Of a stretch of DNA of 64,000 bases, positions 28,125-37,191 are shown piece after piece. Source of the DNA: Nanobdellota archaeon (lineage in GTDB: Archaea > Nanobdellota > Nanobdellia > Pacearchaeales > GW2011-AR1); the NCBI GenBank assembly GCA_038046005.1, contig JBBSXB010000003.1, positions 1-64,000 on the forward strand. Direction: 5' to 3'. Made by a program: the position numbers and the translations under genes. Within the stretch, counting starts at the first letter, position 1. The number at the start of each line of letters is the position of its first letter. The notes under the pieces are model-generated. The model saw only the letters and a list, made by a program, of their open reading frames with translations, did no database searches and was not told the DNA's origin.

Positions 28125-30314
28125 TTACTGATTCTCAGCCAAACCTTTTCTGCTTCTTATTTTCCTTATTACTTCATCCTGCAATGAGGTGGGTGTTTTT
28201 TCGAAGAACTGATCAGATAAAGATGAAACTCCTCTTCCTTCTGTTGCAGATCTTAAATCAGAACTCCATCCAAGCATTTCAGCGACGGGAAGTTTTGCTT
28301 CTATTGTGACTCCAGAATCATCTTGCTTGACATCTAAAAGTTGTCCTCTCTTGCTGGATATTAACTTATTCACTTCTCCCAAAAATGAAGTTGGCGCTTC
28401 TATTATGTGAACTTGAATAGGCTCAAACATTGAGGGTGATGCTTCTTTCATTGCTTCTTTGATTGACTCTCTCACTGCTGGATAAACTTGAGCCGGACCT
28501 CTGTGAATTGCATCCTCGTGAAGTTTTATATCTGCTAAAGAAATTTTCATTTTCATGCATGGCTCTCTTGCCAAAGGTCCTTGGTTTATAACCATTTCAA
28601 ACGCGTCTAAAATCATATCTATTACTTCTCCAAGATGGACTTCTCCTCTTGTTTCATCCACTAACATATTCCCTTTATAGACATCTCTTATACCTCTTAT
28701 AGAATCTCCATCCCATCCTAATTTTGACAGCACATCAAACGCTTCCTGACTTTTCTTTTTTATTCTTCCCTCTCTCAATTCTCCGTTTCTTATCGCCTGA
28801 TAAACATCATCTTCTAATGGCTCAACGCTCATAAAGAAGCTGTTATGTTTGTTTGGGCTTCTTCCTTCAACAGCTCCTGATTTTTTTAAAACTGTTTCTC
28901 TATAAACAATAATTGGTGAAGAAGTCCTTATTGATAACCCTTTTTCAGTCCTTATTCTGTTTTCAATTATTTCAAGATGCAATTCTCCCATTCCAGACAT
29001 AAGATTTTCTCCCGTCTGCTCATTGATTTCAATTTTTATAGACGGATCTTCTTTTCCAACTTTTTTCAATATTTCAACAAGCTTTGGCAAGTCAGCTGTT
29101 TTTTCAACTTCAATGGCTTTAGTGATAACCGGTTCAAAAATATGTTTTAATTCTTCGAATGGAGTTTGTGGCTCTAATGTGATTGTTTCTCCGGCTTCTC
29201 CCGCAATACCAGAAATAGCCAAGACATTTCCTGCAACAATTTCATCAATTTGTTCTGGTTTTATTCCATTATACACAAAAAGCTGTTGAATCTTTTGTCT
29301 TTGTTTTGCAAGATTAAGATAAACTTCCGTGCCAGGTTTTAATGTTCCTGAGAAAAGTCTTCCGGCAGAAATTTCTTTTCCAGATCTTGGCTCAATAACA
29401 ATTCTTGTAACAACAAACGCAATCTCTCCTTTTGGATTGCAATTTTTTAAATCTTTTCCGAAATCAGTTTCAGAATCTCCATGCCATATTTTTGGAATTC
29501 TATACTTCTGAGCTTCAATTGGATTTGGAAGATGCTTTACTACCATGTCTAAAAGAACTTCGTAAAGAGGCGCGTTTTTCCAGCACCACTCTTTTCTATC
29601 CTCTTCACTCATTTCATAAAGTGCTAAAATGTCCTTGAAATTAATTCCCTTTTTTTGCATGAATGGAACAGACATTGCCCAGTTTTCCCTTGCTGATCCG
29701 AATGCAACGCTTCCATTTTTGATGTCAACAGCCCAACTTTCTTTAAATTCACTCTCCGCCACTTTTCTTATTAATTCATTGAATTCGTGGAAAATTTCAA
29801 CAAATCTTTGCTGCATTTGTTCCGGAGTCAGTTTCAATTCTTTTATTAATCTGTCAACTTTATTTATGAACAAAACAGGTCTTACTCTTTCTCTTAATGC
29901 TTGTTTGACTACTGTTTCTGTTTGTGGCATTATCCCCTCAACAGCACATACCAAAACAATAGTTCCGTCTATGGCCCTCATAGCTCTTGTAACATTTCCG
30001 GAGAAATCGACGTGACCAGGAGTGTCAATCAAGTTAATCAGATATTCTTCCCCATGATAGTCATGAACCATTGAGACATTTGCAGCGTCAACTGTCATAA
30101 GTCTTTCCTGTTCATCAGAATGTTGCCATGTTGCCATTCCTGCTTCAAGGTCTCCTGCAGATTTCGAGGCCATGTAACCGGATGCGGCAAGAAGATTGTC
30201 TGTCAAAGCAGTTTTACCATGATGAATATGTGCCGAAGTCGCAATATTCCTAATATTCTTTTGGTACTTATTGATTCTCTTTATCTTGTCAAATTGTGAT
30301 TCTTTTTCTGCCAT
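28125..30314 (-). CDS. fusA: Elongation factor EF-2
   Basis: IRNIA, INLIDTPGHVDF, NKVD, GMGELHLE, SPNKHN, diphthamide site LHEDAIHRG. Confidence 0.97.
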   Translation of the reverse strand: MAEKESQFDKIKRINKYQKNIRNIATSAHIHHGKTALTDNLLAASGYMASKSAGDLEAGMATWQHSDEQERLMTVDAANVSMVHDYHGEEYLINLIDTPGHVDFSGNVTRAMRAIDGTIVLVCAVEGIMPQTETVVKQALRERVRPVLFINKVDRLIKELKLTPEQMQQRFVEIFHEFNELIRKVAESEFKESWAVDIKNGSVAFGSARENWAMSVPFMQKKGINFKDILALYEMSEEDRKEWCWKNAPLYEVLLDMVVKHLPNPIEAQKYRIPKIWHGDSETDFGKDLKNCNPKGEIAFVVTRIVIEPRSGKEISAGRLFSGTLKPGTEVYLNLAKQRQKIQQLFVYNGIKPEQIDEIVAGNVLAISGIAGEAGETITLEPQTPFEELKHIFEPVITKAIEVEKTADLPKLVEILKKVGKEDPSIKIEINEQTGENLMSGMGELHLEIIENRIRTEKGLSIRTSSPIIVYRETVLKKSGAVEGRSPNKHNSFFMSVEPLEDDVYQAIRNGELREGRIKKKSQEAFDVLSKLGWDGDSIRGIRDVYKGNMLVDETRGEVHLGEVIDMILDAFEMVINQGPLAREPCMKMKISLADIKLHEDAIHRGPAQVYPAVRESIKEAMKEASPSMFEPIQVHIIEAPTSFLGEVNKLISSKRGQLLDVKQDDSGVTIEAKLPVAEMLGWSSDLRSATEGRGVSSLSDQFFEKTPTSLQDEVIRKIRSRKGLAENQ

Positions 30315-30388
30315 GAAATTTGTCCTAATGCATATTTAGAATATACTTTAATTGAAAAAATGCTTTTTAAAGTTGTTGGTAAGAAAAA

Positions 30389-30823
30389 CTATTTGTGCTC
30401 ACAATTATCTGGCACTCTGATATGATTAACATGATATTTCTTCATAAATTCAATAGTTCTCGAATCTTTATCAAATGGTCCACCAAATCCAACATAACCA
30501 TGTGGGCATCCACCCATTTCTTCACTTATTATTTTTCCATCGCCTGTTTTTAACTCCTCTACTTTTATAACCATTCTATTCAGTTCAGGCTCGTATTCTA
30601 CACTAAATGCTTCTATAGTTGCGCTAAAGTTTGCATATTTTGACGAGTGTTTTATTGGACCAACCTGATTTACCAGAATTTTAAATTCATCAGAAACAGA
30701 TTTTTCCAATTCGGAGACTTCATCTTTAAAGCCTTCCCAAATTTGTTTTCTTACTTCTTGTATTCTTTTCACTCTCTCTTGATAAGAATTATTAACTGCT
30801 TTAAGTTGTTCTTCGAAACCCAT
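30389..30823 (-). CDS. Hypothetical protein
   Basis: 144 aa with its own promoter. Confidence 0.7.
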   Translation of the reverse strand: MGFEEQLKAVNNSYQERVKRIQEVRKQIWEGFKDEVSELEKSVSDEFKILVNQVGPIKHSSKYANFSATIEAFSVEYEPELNRMVIKVEELKTGDGKIISEEMGGCPHGYVGFGGPFDKDSRTIEFMKKYHVNHIRVPDNCEHK

Positions 30824-30961
30824 ACTAAGATTATAAGATTGTTATTTATAAGAATTATTGTACTAAGTTATCTAAATTCAAGAGGACTTGTACCTAAATT
30901 CAAAACCATTAGGTATATTCTTTTGTATTTTTGAAATATAGTCTAAATTCTTTTGCCAGGC

Positions 30962-31369
30962 CTAGACTTCAATTATGCTATCTAAAAGATTTATATCTAT
31001 CTTTGCTCCACCATTAGAAGCAGAAGCATTGAGATTCTGGAAATTTATTTTTTCAATTTTTAATGTTTTTCTGCCCTGCCATGGTAGAGGAACATCTCTG
31101 TCAAGATTTTTATTTCTGTCAATTTCAGAATTAAACCACTCTGAATATAATCTTAAAACCTCCTGTTTAGTGCAACAAACATCGCCTCGGATTTTTGTAC
31201 CAAGTAAACTAACTGATGTTTGAGTAGATGTAGCGATTTCACCAGCCATTTGATTTATGGGTGAATAATCAAAACCTGAGTCCTTATCTACTGAGAAATA
31301 TGCTGTTGCGTTTTTAATCGGAATAAAACTTAATATCTTTTCTAAATCAGAAATTTTTATGTCACTCAT
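30962..31369 (-). CDS. Hypothetical protein (3' end possibly degraded)
   Basis: 135 aa with its own promoter; about 95 nt of coding-like sequence follows the stop. Confidence 0.6.
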   Translation of the reverse strand: MSDIKISDLEKILSFIPIKNATAYFSVDKDSGFDYSPINQMAGEIATSTQTSVSLLGTKIRGDVCCTKQEVLRLYSEWFNSEIDRNKNLDRDVPLPWQGRKTLKIEKINFQNLNASASNGGAKIDINLLDSIIEV

Positions 31370-31414
31370 GTCTAATTTTATAATTTCACCCTTTAAAAGA
31401 ATTATGGTGATGAT

Positions 31415-32026
31415 TTACCTTGCGCTGTCAGCCTGAGCTTCAGCTTCTTTTTTCTTTCTGACAGCAAAACTATCTCCATTATTGTCTGCAGCAAGCATTA
31501 TCTCTTCAGCTAGTCCTTGAACAATAGTTTTCTTTTTTCCGAAAGCTTTATCTGATGCGCCATGAACAATGTGTTTTACTGCAAGGTTAACTCTTCTTAA
31601 AGGTGAGACATCAACAGCTTGGGGATATCTTGCCCCACCATATTCTATGACTGTTATTTCATCTCTGGGTGCAGAATTTTCTATCGCTTTAATAAGAACT
31701 TGCACTGGATTTTTCCCAGTTTTTTCGGCAACTATCTTTAGTGCATCCAAAACAGTTCCCATGTTTTTTGTATACTTTCCGCTTGATCTTCCAAACATTA
31801 TCCTGTGCTTTTTACCTCTATGCCCAGCAACGGCAAGCTTATTCATAAGCCTTTCAACAATGTTGACTTTTAACTGCCCCATTTTCTGGACATTTCTTCC
31901 ATAGCTTTTTAGGATTAATTTTGGCTCAAGGTTTATTACATCTTTTAGCCCCGGATCTTCTACTACAATTTCTTGCATATCATAAAGATCAAATATCTTA
32001 AAAATTGGAAGTTTAGTTTGTATCAT
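31415..32026 (-). CDS. rps7: 30S ribosomal protein S7
   Basis: IVERL.N.L, NP.QVL..AIENSAPR.E...I.YGG..Y..AVDVSP.RR, KK.E.E..A..AR. Confidence 0.96.
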   Translation of the reverse strand: MIQTKLPIFKIFDLYDMQEIVVEDPGLKDVINLEPKLILKSYGRNVQKMGQLKVNIVERLMNKLAVAGHRGKKHRIMFGRSSGKYTKNMGTVLDALKIVAEKTGKNPVQVLIKAIENSAPRDEITVIEYGGARYPQAVDVSPLRRVNLAVKHIVHGASDKAFGKKKTIVQGLAEEIMLAADNNGDSFAVRKKKEAEAQADSAR

Positions 32027-32027
32027 T

Positions 32028-32183
32028 TTATTTTTTGTATTCTATATAGACAGTTCCTGATGGAGTAGTCTTAACTGTAGCATTATCTTCATTTAGCCTT
32101 AAACCAAGTTTTAAAACTAATCCCTTTCCCAATACAACAGTTGTTACTGTGTCATATCTTGGTTGATATTTATTTTCTATCAT
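32028..32183 (-). CDS. Small hypothetical protein (51 aa, not in the ORF track)
   Basis: MIENKYQPRYDTVTTVVLGKG...VYIEYKK* fills the gap with 1-nt spacers on both sides. Confidence 0.6.
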   Translation of the reverse strand: MIENKYQPRYDTVTTVVLGKGLVLKLGLRLNEDNATVKTTPSGTVYIEYKK

Positions 32184-32184
32184 T

Positions 32185-32415
32185 TTAATCTAAAAGTTCC
32201 CCGCTTCTTGCTAATGGTGTAACAATCATAACCAATTTTCCATCTTTTCTTTTTTTTATCTCAACAGGATTATCAAACTGATGGGTTTGATAATCCCCTC
32301 CTCTTATTCTTGTTTGACCGTCCTCACCAAGATATTTTACTTCTCCCCATACATTTTGTTTATCTGTAAATAATATATCATTAGGTATTCTGTCTCCAAC
32401 TTCGTATTCTGTCAT
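32185..32415 (-). CDS. Small hypothetical protein
   Basis: 76 aa, tightly coupled to rps12. Confidence 0.65.
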   Translation of the reverse strand: MTEYEVGDRIPNDILFTDKQNVWGEVKYLGEDGQTRIRGGDYQTHQFDNPVEIKKRKDGKLVMIVTPLARSGELLD

Positions 32416-32416
32416 T

Positions 32417-32839
32417 TTATCTTCTACCCTTTTCTATTTTTCCTCTAACTAAAAGATGCAGAGGTTGATCATTTACTTGAATTACCTGATATCTGACTCC
32501 AGGAATGTCTCCCTTACTTCTTCCTTGCTTTCCACCAATTCTTTCTATAAGAACTTCATCGTGTTCATCAATAAATTTTTGTGCCAGATTACCTGGAATA
32601 AATGCTGTTACAGATTTTCCATTTTTCTTTAGCTGAACTTTGCAGCATTTTCTCATTGCTGAGTTTGGCTGTTTTGCTTCTTTTTGAATTTTTGAAAGAA
32701 CAATTCCCCTTGCTTGATTTGCCCCCTCTAATGGGTCAGATTTTGCGTAAAGATTTAGAGTCTTAACTATGTAATGTCTGTCACTCCATCTAAATTTTTT
32801 CCTATCTTTGACTTTCTTTTTTGCAGCTTTTAATGACAT
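32417..32839 (-). CDS. rps12: 30S ribosomal protein S12
   Basis: [31 protein letters not shown]. Confidence 0.97.
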   Translation of the reverse strand: MSLKAAKKKVKDRKKFRWSDRHYIVKTLNLYAKSDPLEGANQARGIVLSKIQKEAKQPNSAMRKCCKVQLKKNGKSVTAFIPGNLAQKFIDEHDEVLIERIGGKQGRSKGDIPGVRYQVIQVNDQPLHLLVRGKIEKGRR

Positions 32840-32885
32840 ATGATTATACGAGAAAATTAGTTTTTAAACCTTATTGTGGAGGAAT

Positions 32886-33164
32886 TTATCTTAACAATGA
32901 ATAGTGCAAGAACTCATTTAAACTGTAATCTCTTTCTTGTTTCTTTTCTTTTTGCCCACCCCATTCAGAAATAAATGAAGTTAAAACATCTGTTAGAGAT
33001 TTTTTTCTTGGTGGATTATTACTAATTCTTATTTTATCTCCTTGAACTCTACTTACATAACCAACAACGAATTTTTGCGGGCCTCGCAAGACTACTTTTT
33101 TCCCAATATCCTTTTCGGAAATATCTACTGCAAGTTTTTGAGGATACGAAGGAAAGTCTTTCAT
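32886..33164 (-). CDS. Small hypothetical protein
   Basis: 92 aa with its own TATA. Confidence 0.65.
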   Translation of the reverse strand: MKDFPSYPQKLAVDISEKDIGKKVVLRGPQKFVVGYVSRVQGDKIRISNNPPRKKSLTDVLTSFISEWGGQKEKKQERDYSLNEFLHYSLLR

Positions 33165-33206
33165 AGAATCATTACTCGCCTCTCCCCTTTAAATATTATT
33201 CGTTTT

Positions 33207-33623
33207 TCACTGAATCCTAAACTCTTTTCCAAAAAAATCCTTTATGATTTTTTGCATCTCTAAAAGTCTTCTCTTGTTTCTTCCTATAAGTGCGGCTTTG
33301 TTTTGTGAACTTGCATTCAACACAATCTCTCCTTCATTAATACTCAGGTCTTTGAATGTTACAGGGTCAACAATATTCTGCACAAATTGTTTGGCGTATT
33401 CAATTCCTTCAGGCATGGGAATGATTCTAATCCTTCTCCCAAGAATTTCACTAATTCTTCTTATGTTTCTGGCCTTTTCTCCCAAAGCTCTAGGTATTAG
33501 TGGTTTAGGGATGCAATAAAAAATTGTTTCATTATATTTAAAACAGAAATTAGTTCTGACACCTGTGACTTTCTCAAACAAGTTGAGATGTCTCATAATC
33601 TGCATGTCAATAGTTGTATCCAT
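33207..33623 (-). CDS. nusA: Archaeal NusA (KH domains)
   Basis: LFEKVTG, A.G....NIRR, ALIGRN; position after rpoA. Confidence 0.88.
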   Translation of the reverse strand: MDTTIDMQIMRHLNLFEKVTGVRTNFCFKYNETIFYCIPKPLIPRALGEKARNIRRISEILGRRIRIIPMPEGIEYAKQFVQNIVDPVTFKDLSINEGEIVLNASSQNKAALIGRNKRRLLEMQKIIKDFFGKEFRIQ

Positions 33624-33695
33624 AGTGTATTATTCTCTTAAAAAAAATTTCTTTATAAATTTATGCTTAATAAGTTTATTTGAGAAAACAAAGAT

Positions 33696-36600
33696 TTATT
33701 TATTTGCCCTGTCAACTATCTCGCTTTTGGCAGTTTTCAATTCACTATCTTTCTTTTTCAAAGGTCCGACAATTTGAACAAGCAGTCCAGGTAATCCGGT
33801 TCCAACCGGAACAGGCTGATTCAAAATTATGTTTTCTATTACACTTGTTAATTTATCCTTGCTTCCTTTTATCGTCGCATTTACAAATTGTTTTACAGGA
33901 GTTTCAAAAGTCGCTCTTGCCAAAATCGAGGCTTTTTGCGCTATGATTCCTATTCTTGTAACTCCCTTAACATCTCCAGTATTAGTCATCGCATCTGCAA
34001 CAAGCTTCAAGTGTCTCTGATCAATGTCAAGTCCTTGAGGTTTTATAACAGCCTTGATTTCCTCAATAATCAGCTGTCTTGCAACTTCAATTCCAAAAAC
34101 TTCCGCAACTTCATGAAGGTCATTTGAAATTGTTTTATTAGGGTTTACTTCTTTGAACAACAAAACTTTTTTCAAGTTAGTTCCCAAAGTTACAATAACA
34201 TAATCTCCTTCTCTCTTGACAATCAACACTTGCTTGACTCCTTTTATTCCAGAAATGATTGTGTCTTTTACCTTTTCTTTAAGATTATAAATTTCCTTGA
34301 AACCTTGATCTTCCAAACTCAAAGTTATAGAATCACTTTTCTCTTTAACCTTAAATCCAAGTTCATTCAATCTTGACACAACACTTCCAATAGACATATG
34401 GACTCTTTTTAATCCTTCTTTGTCAATTTTTATTTCAATTTTCTTATCGGTAAAATCAAGATTAACTTCAGAAGCTATTTCTTTCATAGTGACTTCTTTT
34501 ATTTTTTCAGCAAGAACTTTGGCATCTTTTTCATTGTCATATTCTTTTTTCAAATATATCTCCATTTTTGGTGAAGAAGGTTTTTTTCTCGCATCAAATA
34601 TTTCAATAAGTCTTGGAAGTCCTTGAGTTACCTGCATTTCAGAAACCCCTGCATAGTGGAATGTTCTCAAGACCATTTGTGTTGAAGGTTCTCCAAAAGA
34701 CTGTGCAGTTATGATTCCAATAGCTTCTCCCGGCTCAAGCTCTTTCTTGTCATATTGCTTTGCTACGTCTATTCCATCATCTCCATAAATGAACTGTATT
34801 ATATTATTATTGCTGTCTCTTATTGTTCCGTCATATTCTTTTCTTAAATCTTGCAGCGCATTTGCCAATCTTCTGTACAAATAACCGGACTTAGGAGTTC
34901 TCAAAGCCGTATCCATAAGTGTTGCTCTTCCGGTTATTGCTCCAAAGAAAAATTCGCTAGGCCTCAGTCCTTTGATAAATGAACTTGCAATGAACCCTCT
35001 TGATTGTGGGGAAAGATCTCCTTTCTTGAAAAAAGATAAAGTTCTTCCAGTGTAACCAATATCAATTCTTTTTGCTTCCAAGTCCTGTTGTCCGACGCAA
35101 CAAGCCATCTGCGTTATGTTAAGTATGTTTCCGCCACCACCACTTCTTATCATGTATGTAACTGGATTTTCTTCAGGGAACTGATCTTTGATTAATTCCC
35201 CAATTTTTGTTCTTACTTCATTCAAAGTCCTGAGTATCTTTATTTCCCTTGATTCTTCAATACTTTTTCCAGGAAGCAATTCAAGCGTTCCGTTATTACA
35301 TTCATCTATTATTTCATAAGCTTTCTTTTCAGCCCTCTCTATAACTTTTTTAGATTCGTCAGCTATTTTTTCATCAACATCAAAATCTTCCAAGGCGATT
35401 GTGATTCCTTTGTCGTTCAAATAATTCTTCCCAAGATTGAATGCTTTTTTTATTGTCTCAAAAGTTTCATATCTGCCAAATTTTCTGTCAAGCTCCCTTA
35501 TCAATTCTCCGTCTTCTTGCCCAAACAATGTCTTATCAATGATTCCTTTAATTACTTCCCCATCTTTTATTGTTATAGAATTGTTTGAAAAGTTGACTTT
35601 TGGAAGTATGTTTGAGAAAATTTCCATGCCTGAAATTGTTTTTTTTGTGAAAACATGGTCAATTCCAGATTGATAAAACAATTGATTAACATACTCTTTT
35701 GAAAAATTCTCTAGCCCTAAAAGATAATTCCCTGTTATTGAATCTGCGATGCAACCTATCTGATTGGTCCCATTCTTTGAAGAAATCAGATTTTCTTTTA
35801 CGTCCAAAAGCACTTTTGCTTCTGCTCTTGCTTCTTCTGTTTGAGGAGAGTGGATGTTCATTTCATCTCCGTCAAAATCAGCGTTATAAGGAGCAGCAAC
35901 GGCTGGATGGAGTCTGAAAGTTCTTCCAGGCAAAACTCTTACATAATGTGCCATCAGACTTCCTTTGTGAAGGCTCGGGTGTCTGTTGAATAAAACAATG
36001 TCCCCATTTCTCAAATGTCTCTCGACTTGGTATCCCGGTGTCAATTCACTTATTATTTCATCCTTTAAATCCGGCGTTATTTTTTTTCTTTTTCCGTCGG
36101 GTCTTATTACATAATTTGCTCCAGGATATTCTTCACCCTTTTTTATTAGTGCCTTCATGTTCTCAAAATTAAGATCGTTGACAGTCTCTGCAACAGTAAC
36201 AACTCTTGCAATTTCGTAGGGAATTCCAACCTCATTAATCTGGATTGAGGGGTCAGGCGAAATAACTGTTCTTCCAGAATAATTTACTCTTTTACCTGCA
36301 AGATTTTTTCTTATTCTTCCTTCTTTTCCTTTTATTCTTTCTGAAATTGTTTTCAATGGCTGGCCGCTTCTGTGCCTTGCAGGAGGAATTCTTGCAACAG
36401 TGTTATCAAAAAAAGTTGTTATATGGAATTGCAGTAAATCCCACAAATCTTCTATAATTACTTCCGGTGCTCCGGCATTCAGATTTTCCCACAATCTTTG
36501 ATTTGCTCTTATAATATCAGAAAGCTTGTGTGTTAAGTCATCTTCACTTCTTTCTCCAGTTTCAAGAATGATACTTGGTCTGACTGTTACAGGAGGAACT

Positions 36601-37184
36601 AAAAGTCCTGTTAAGACTCCCCACTCTGGTCTGCATGAACTAGGTTCAACCCCAATTTTTCTTAATTCAGCGTCTGGAATATTAGATAGAATTTCTCTTA
36701 TTTCCGTTGGGAACATTCTTGACTTTCCCTTGTAGAAAGTTGTTGGCTTTTCAAGCTTTACTTTTTCATTGGCTGTTTGACAGTATGGGCATTTTTTAAC
36801 ATCTTTTGCTCTCTTTACTCTTTGACTTGGGGGATATTTTGTAAGATCTTTTTCTTCAAGCATAAGTTTTCCACAGGCTCTACAAAAACATCTTAAACCC
36901 ATTTCTATTAAAGGTACATAATTAAGATGAATAACTGATCTTGCAAGGTCAATACTTCCTGGATGCCCTAAACATTCTTTTATTCTTCCCCCACAAGTCC
37001 TGCATCTTACTCCCGGATCAATTGCTCCAAGTCTTAAATCCATCAAACCACCGTCGACAGGATAGCCGTCAATATCATAAAGTTCTGGAGTCACAATTTT
37101 TGCAGAAGATAATTTTTTAATCTGCTCCGGACTAAATAAGTTGAACCTTATTTCCCCGATTTTTTTTCTTAGTCTTTTTTGCAT
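33696..37184 (-). CDS. rpoA: RNA polymerase subunit A, fused A'+A''
   Basis: GLMDLRLG, C.GHPG, LAGKRVN, NADFDGD, SGYLYRRL, then directly EPGEAIG..AQS.GEP.TQM, GLPRL.E, RATFE, VGTG. Confidence 0.97.
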   Translation of the reverse strand: MQKRLRKKIGEIRFNLFSPEQIKKLSSAKIVTPELYDIDGYPVDGGLMDLRLGAIDPGVRCRTCGGRIKECLGHPGSIDLARSVIHLNYVPLIEMGLRCFCRACGKLMLEEKDLTKYPPSQRVKRAKDVKKCPYCQTANEKVKLEKPTTFYKGKSRMFPTEIREILSNIPDAELRKIGVEPSSCRPEWGVLTGLLVPPVTVRPSIILETGERSEDDLTHKLSDIIRANQRLWENLNAGAPEVIIEDLWDLLQFHITTFFDNTVARIPPARHRSGQPLKTISERIKGKEGRIRKNLAGKRVNYSGRTVISPDPSIQINEVGIPYEIARVVTVAETVNDLNFENMKALIKKGEEYPGANYVIRPDGKRKKITPDLKDEIISELTPGYQVERHLRNGDIVLFNRHPSLHKGSLMAHYVRVLPGRTFRLHPAVAAPYNADFDGDEMNIHSPQTEEARAEAKVLLDVKENLISSKNGTNQIGCIADSITGNYLLGLENFSKEYVNQLFYQSGIDHVFTKKTISGMEIFSNILPKVNFSNNSITIKDGEVIKGIIDKTLFGQEDGELIRELDRKFGRYETFETIKKAFNLGKNYLNDKGITIALEDFDVDEKIADESKKVIERAEKKAYEIIDECNNGTLELLPGKSIEESREIKILRTLNEVRTKIGELIKDQFPEENPVTYMIRSGGGGNILNITQMACCVGQQDLEAKRIDIGYTGRTLSFFKKGDLSPQSRGFIASSFIKGLRPSEFFFGAITGRATLMDTALRTPKSGYLYRRLANALQDLRKEYDGTIRDSNNNIIQFIYGDDGIDVAKQYDKKELEPGEAIGIITAQSFGEPSTQMVLRTFHYAGVSEMQVTQGLPRLIEIFDARKKPSSPKMEIYLKKEYDNEKDAKVLAEKIKEVTMKEIASEVNLDFTDKKIEIKIDKEGLKRVHMSIGSVVSRLNELGFKVKEKSDSITLSLEDQGFKEIYNLKEKVKDTIISGIKGVKQVLIVKREGDYVIVTLGTNLKKVLLFKEVNPNKTISNDLHEVAEVFGIEVARQLIIEEIKAVIKPQGLDIDQRHLKLVADAMTNTGDVKGVTRIGIIAQKASILARATFETPVKQFVNATIKGSKDKLTSVIENIILNQPVPVGTGLPGLLVQIVGPLKKKDSELKTAKSEIVDRANK

Positions 37185-37191
37185 TTTTTAT

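Noticed and set aside
27269-28133. 9-bp repeat TTACTGATT matching the fusA stop region and flanking the HExxH gene
   Set aside because: The position is suggestive, but 9 bp of AT-rich sequence is too short, and a similar string occurs near 25213 as part of a promoter.
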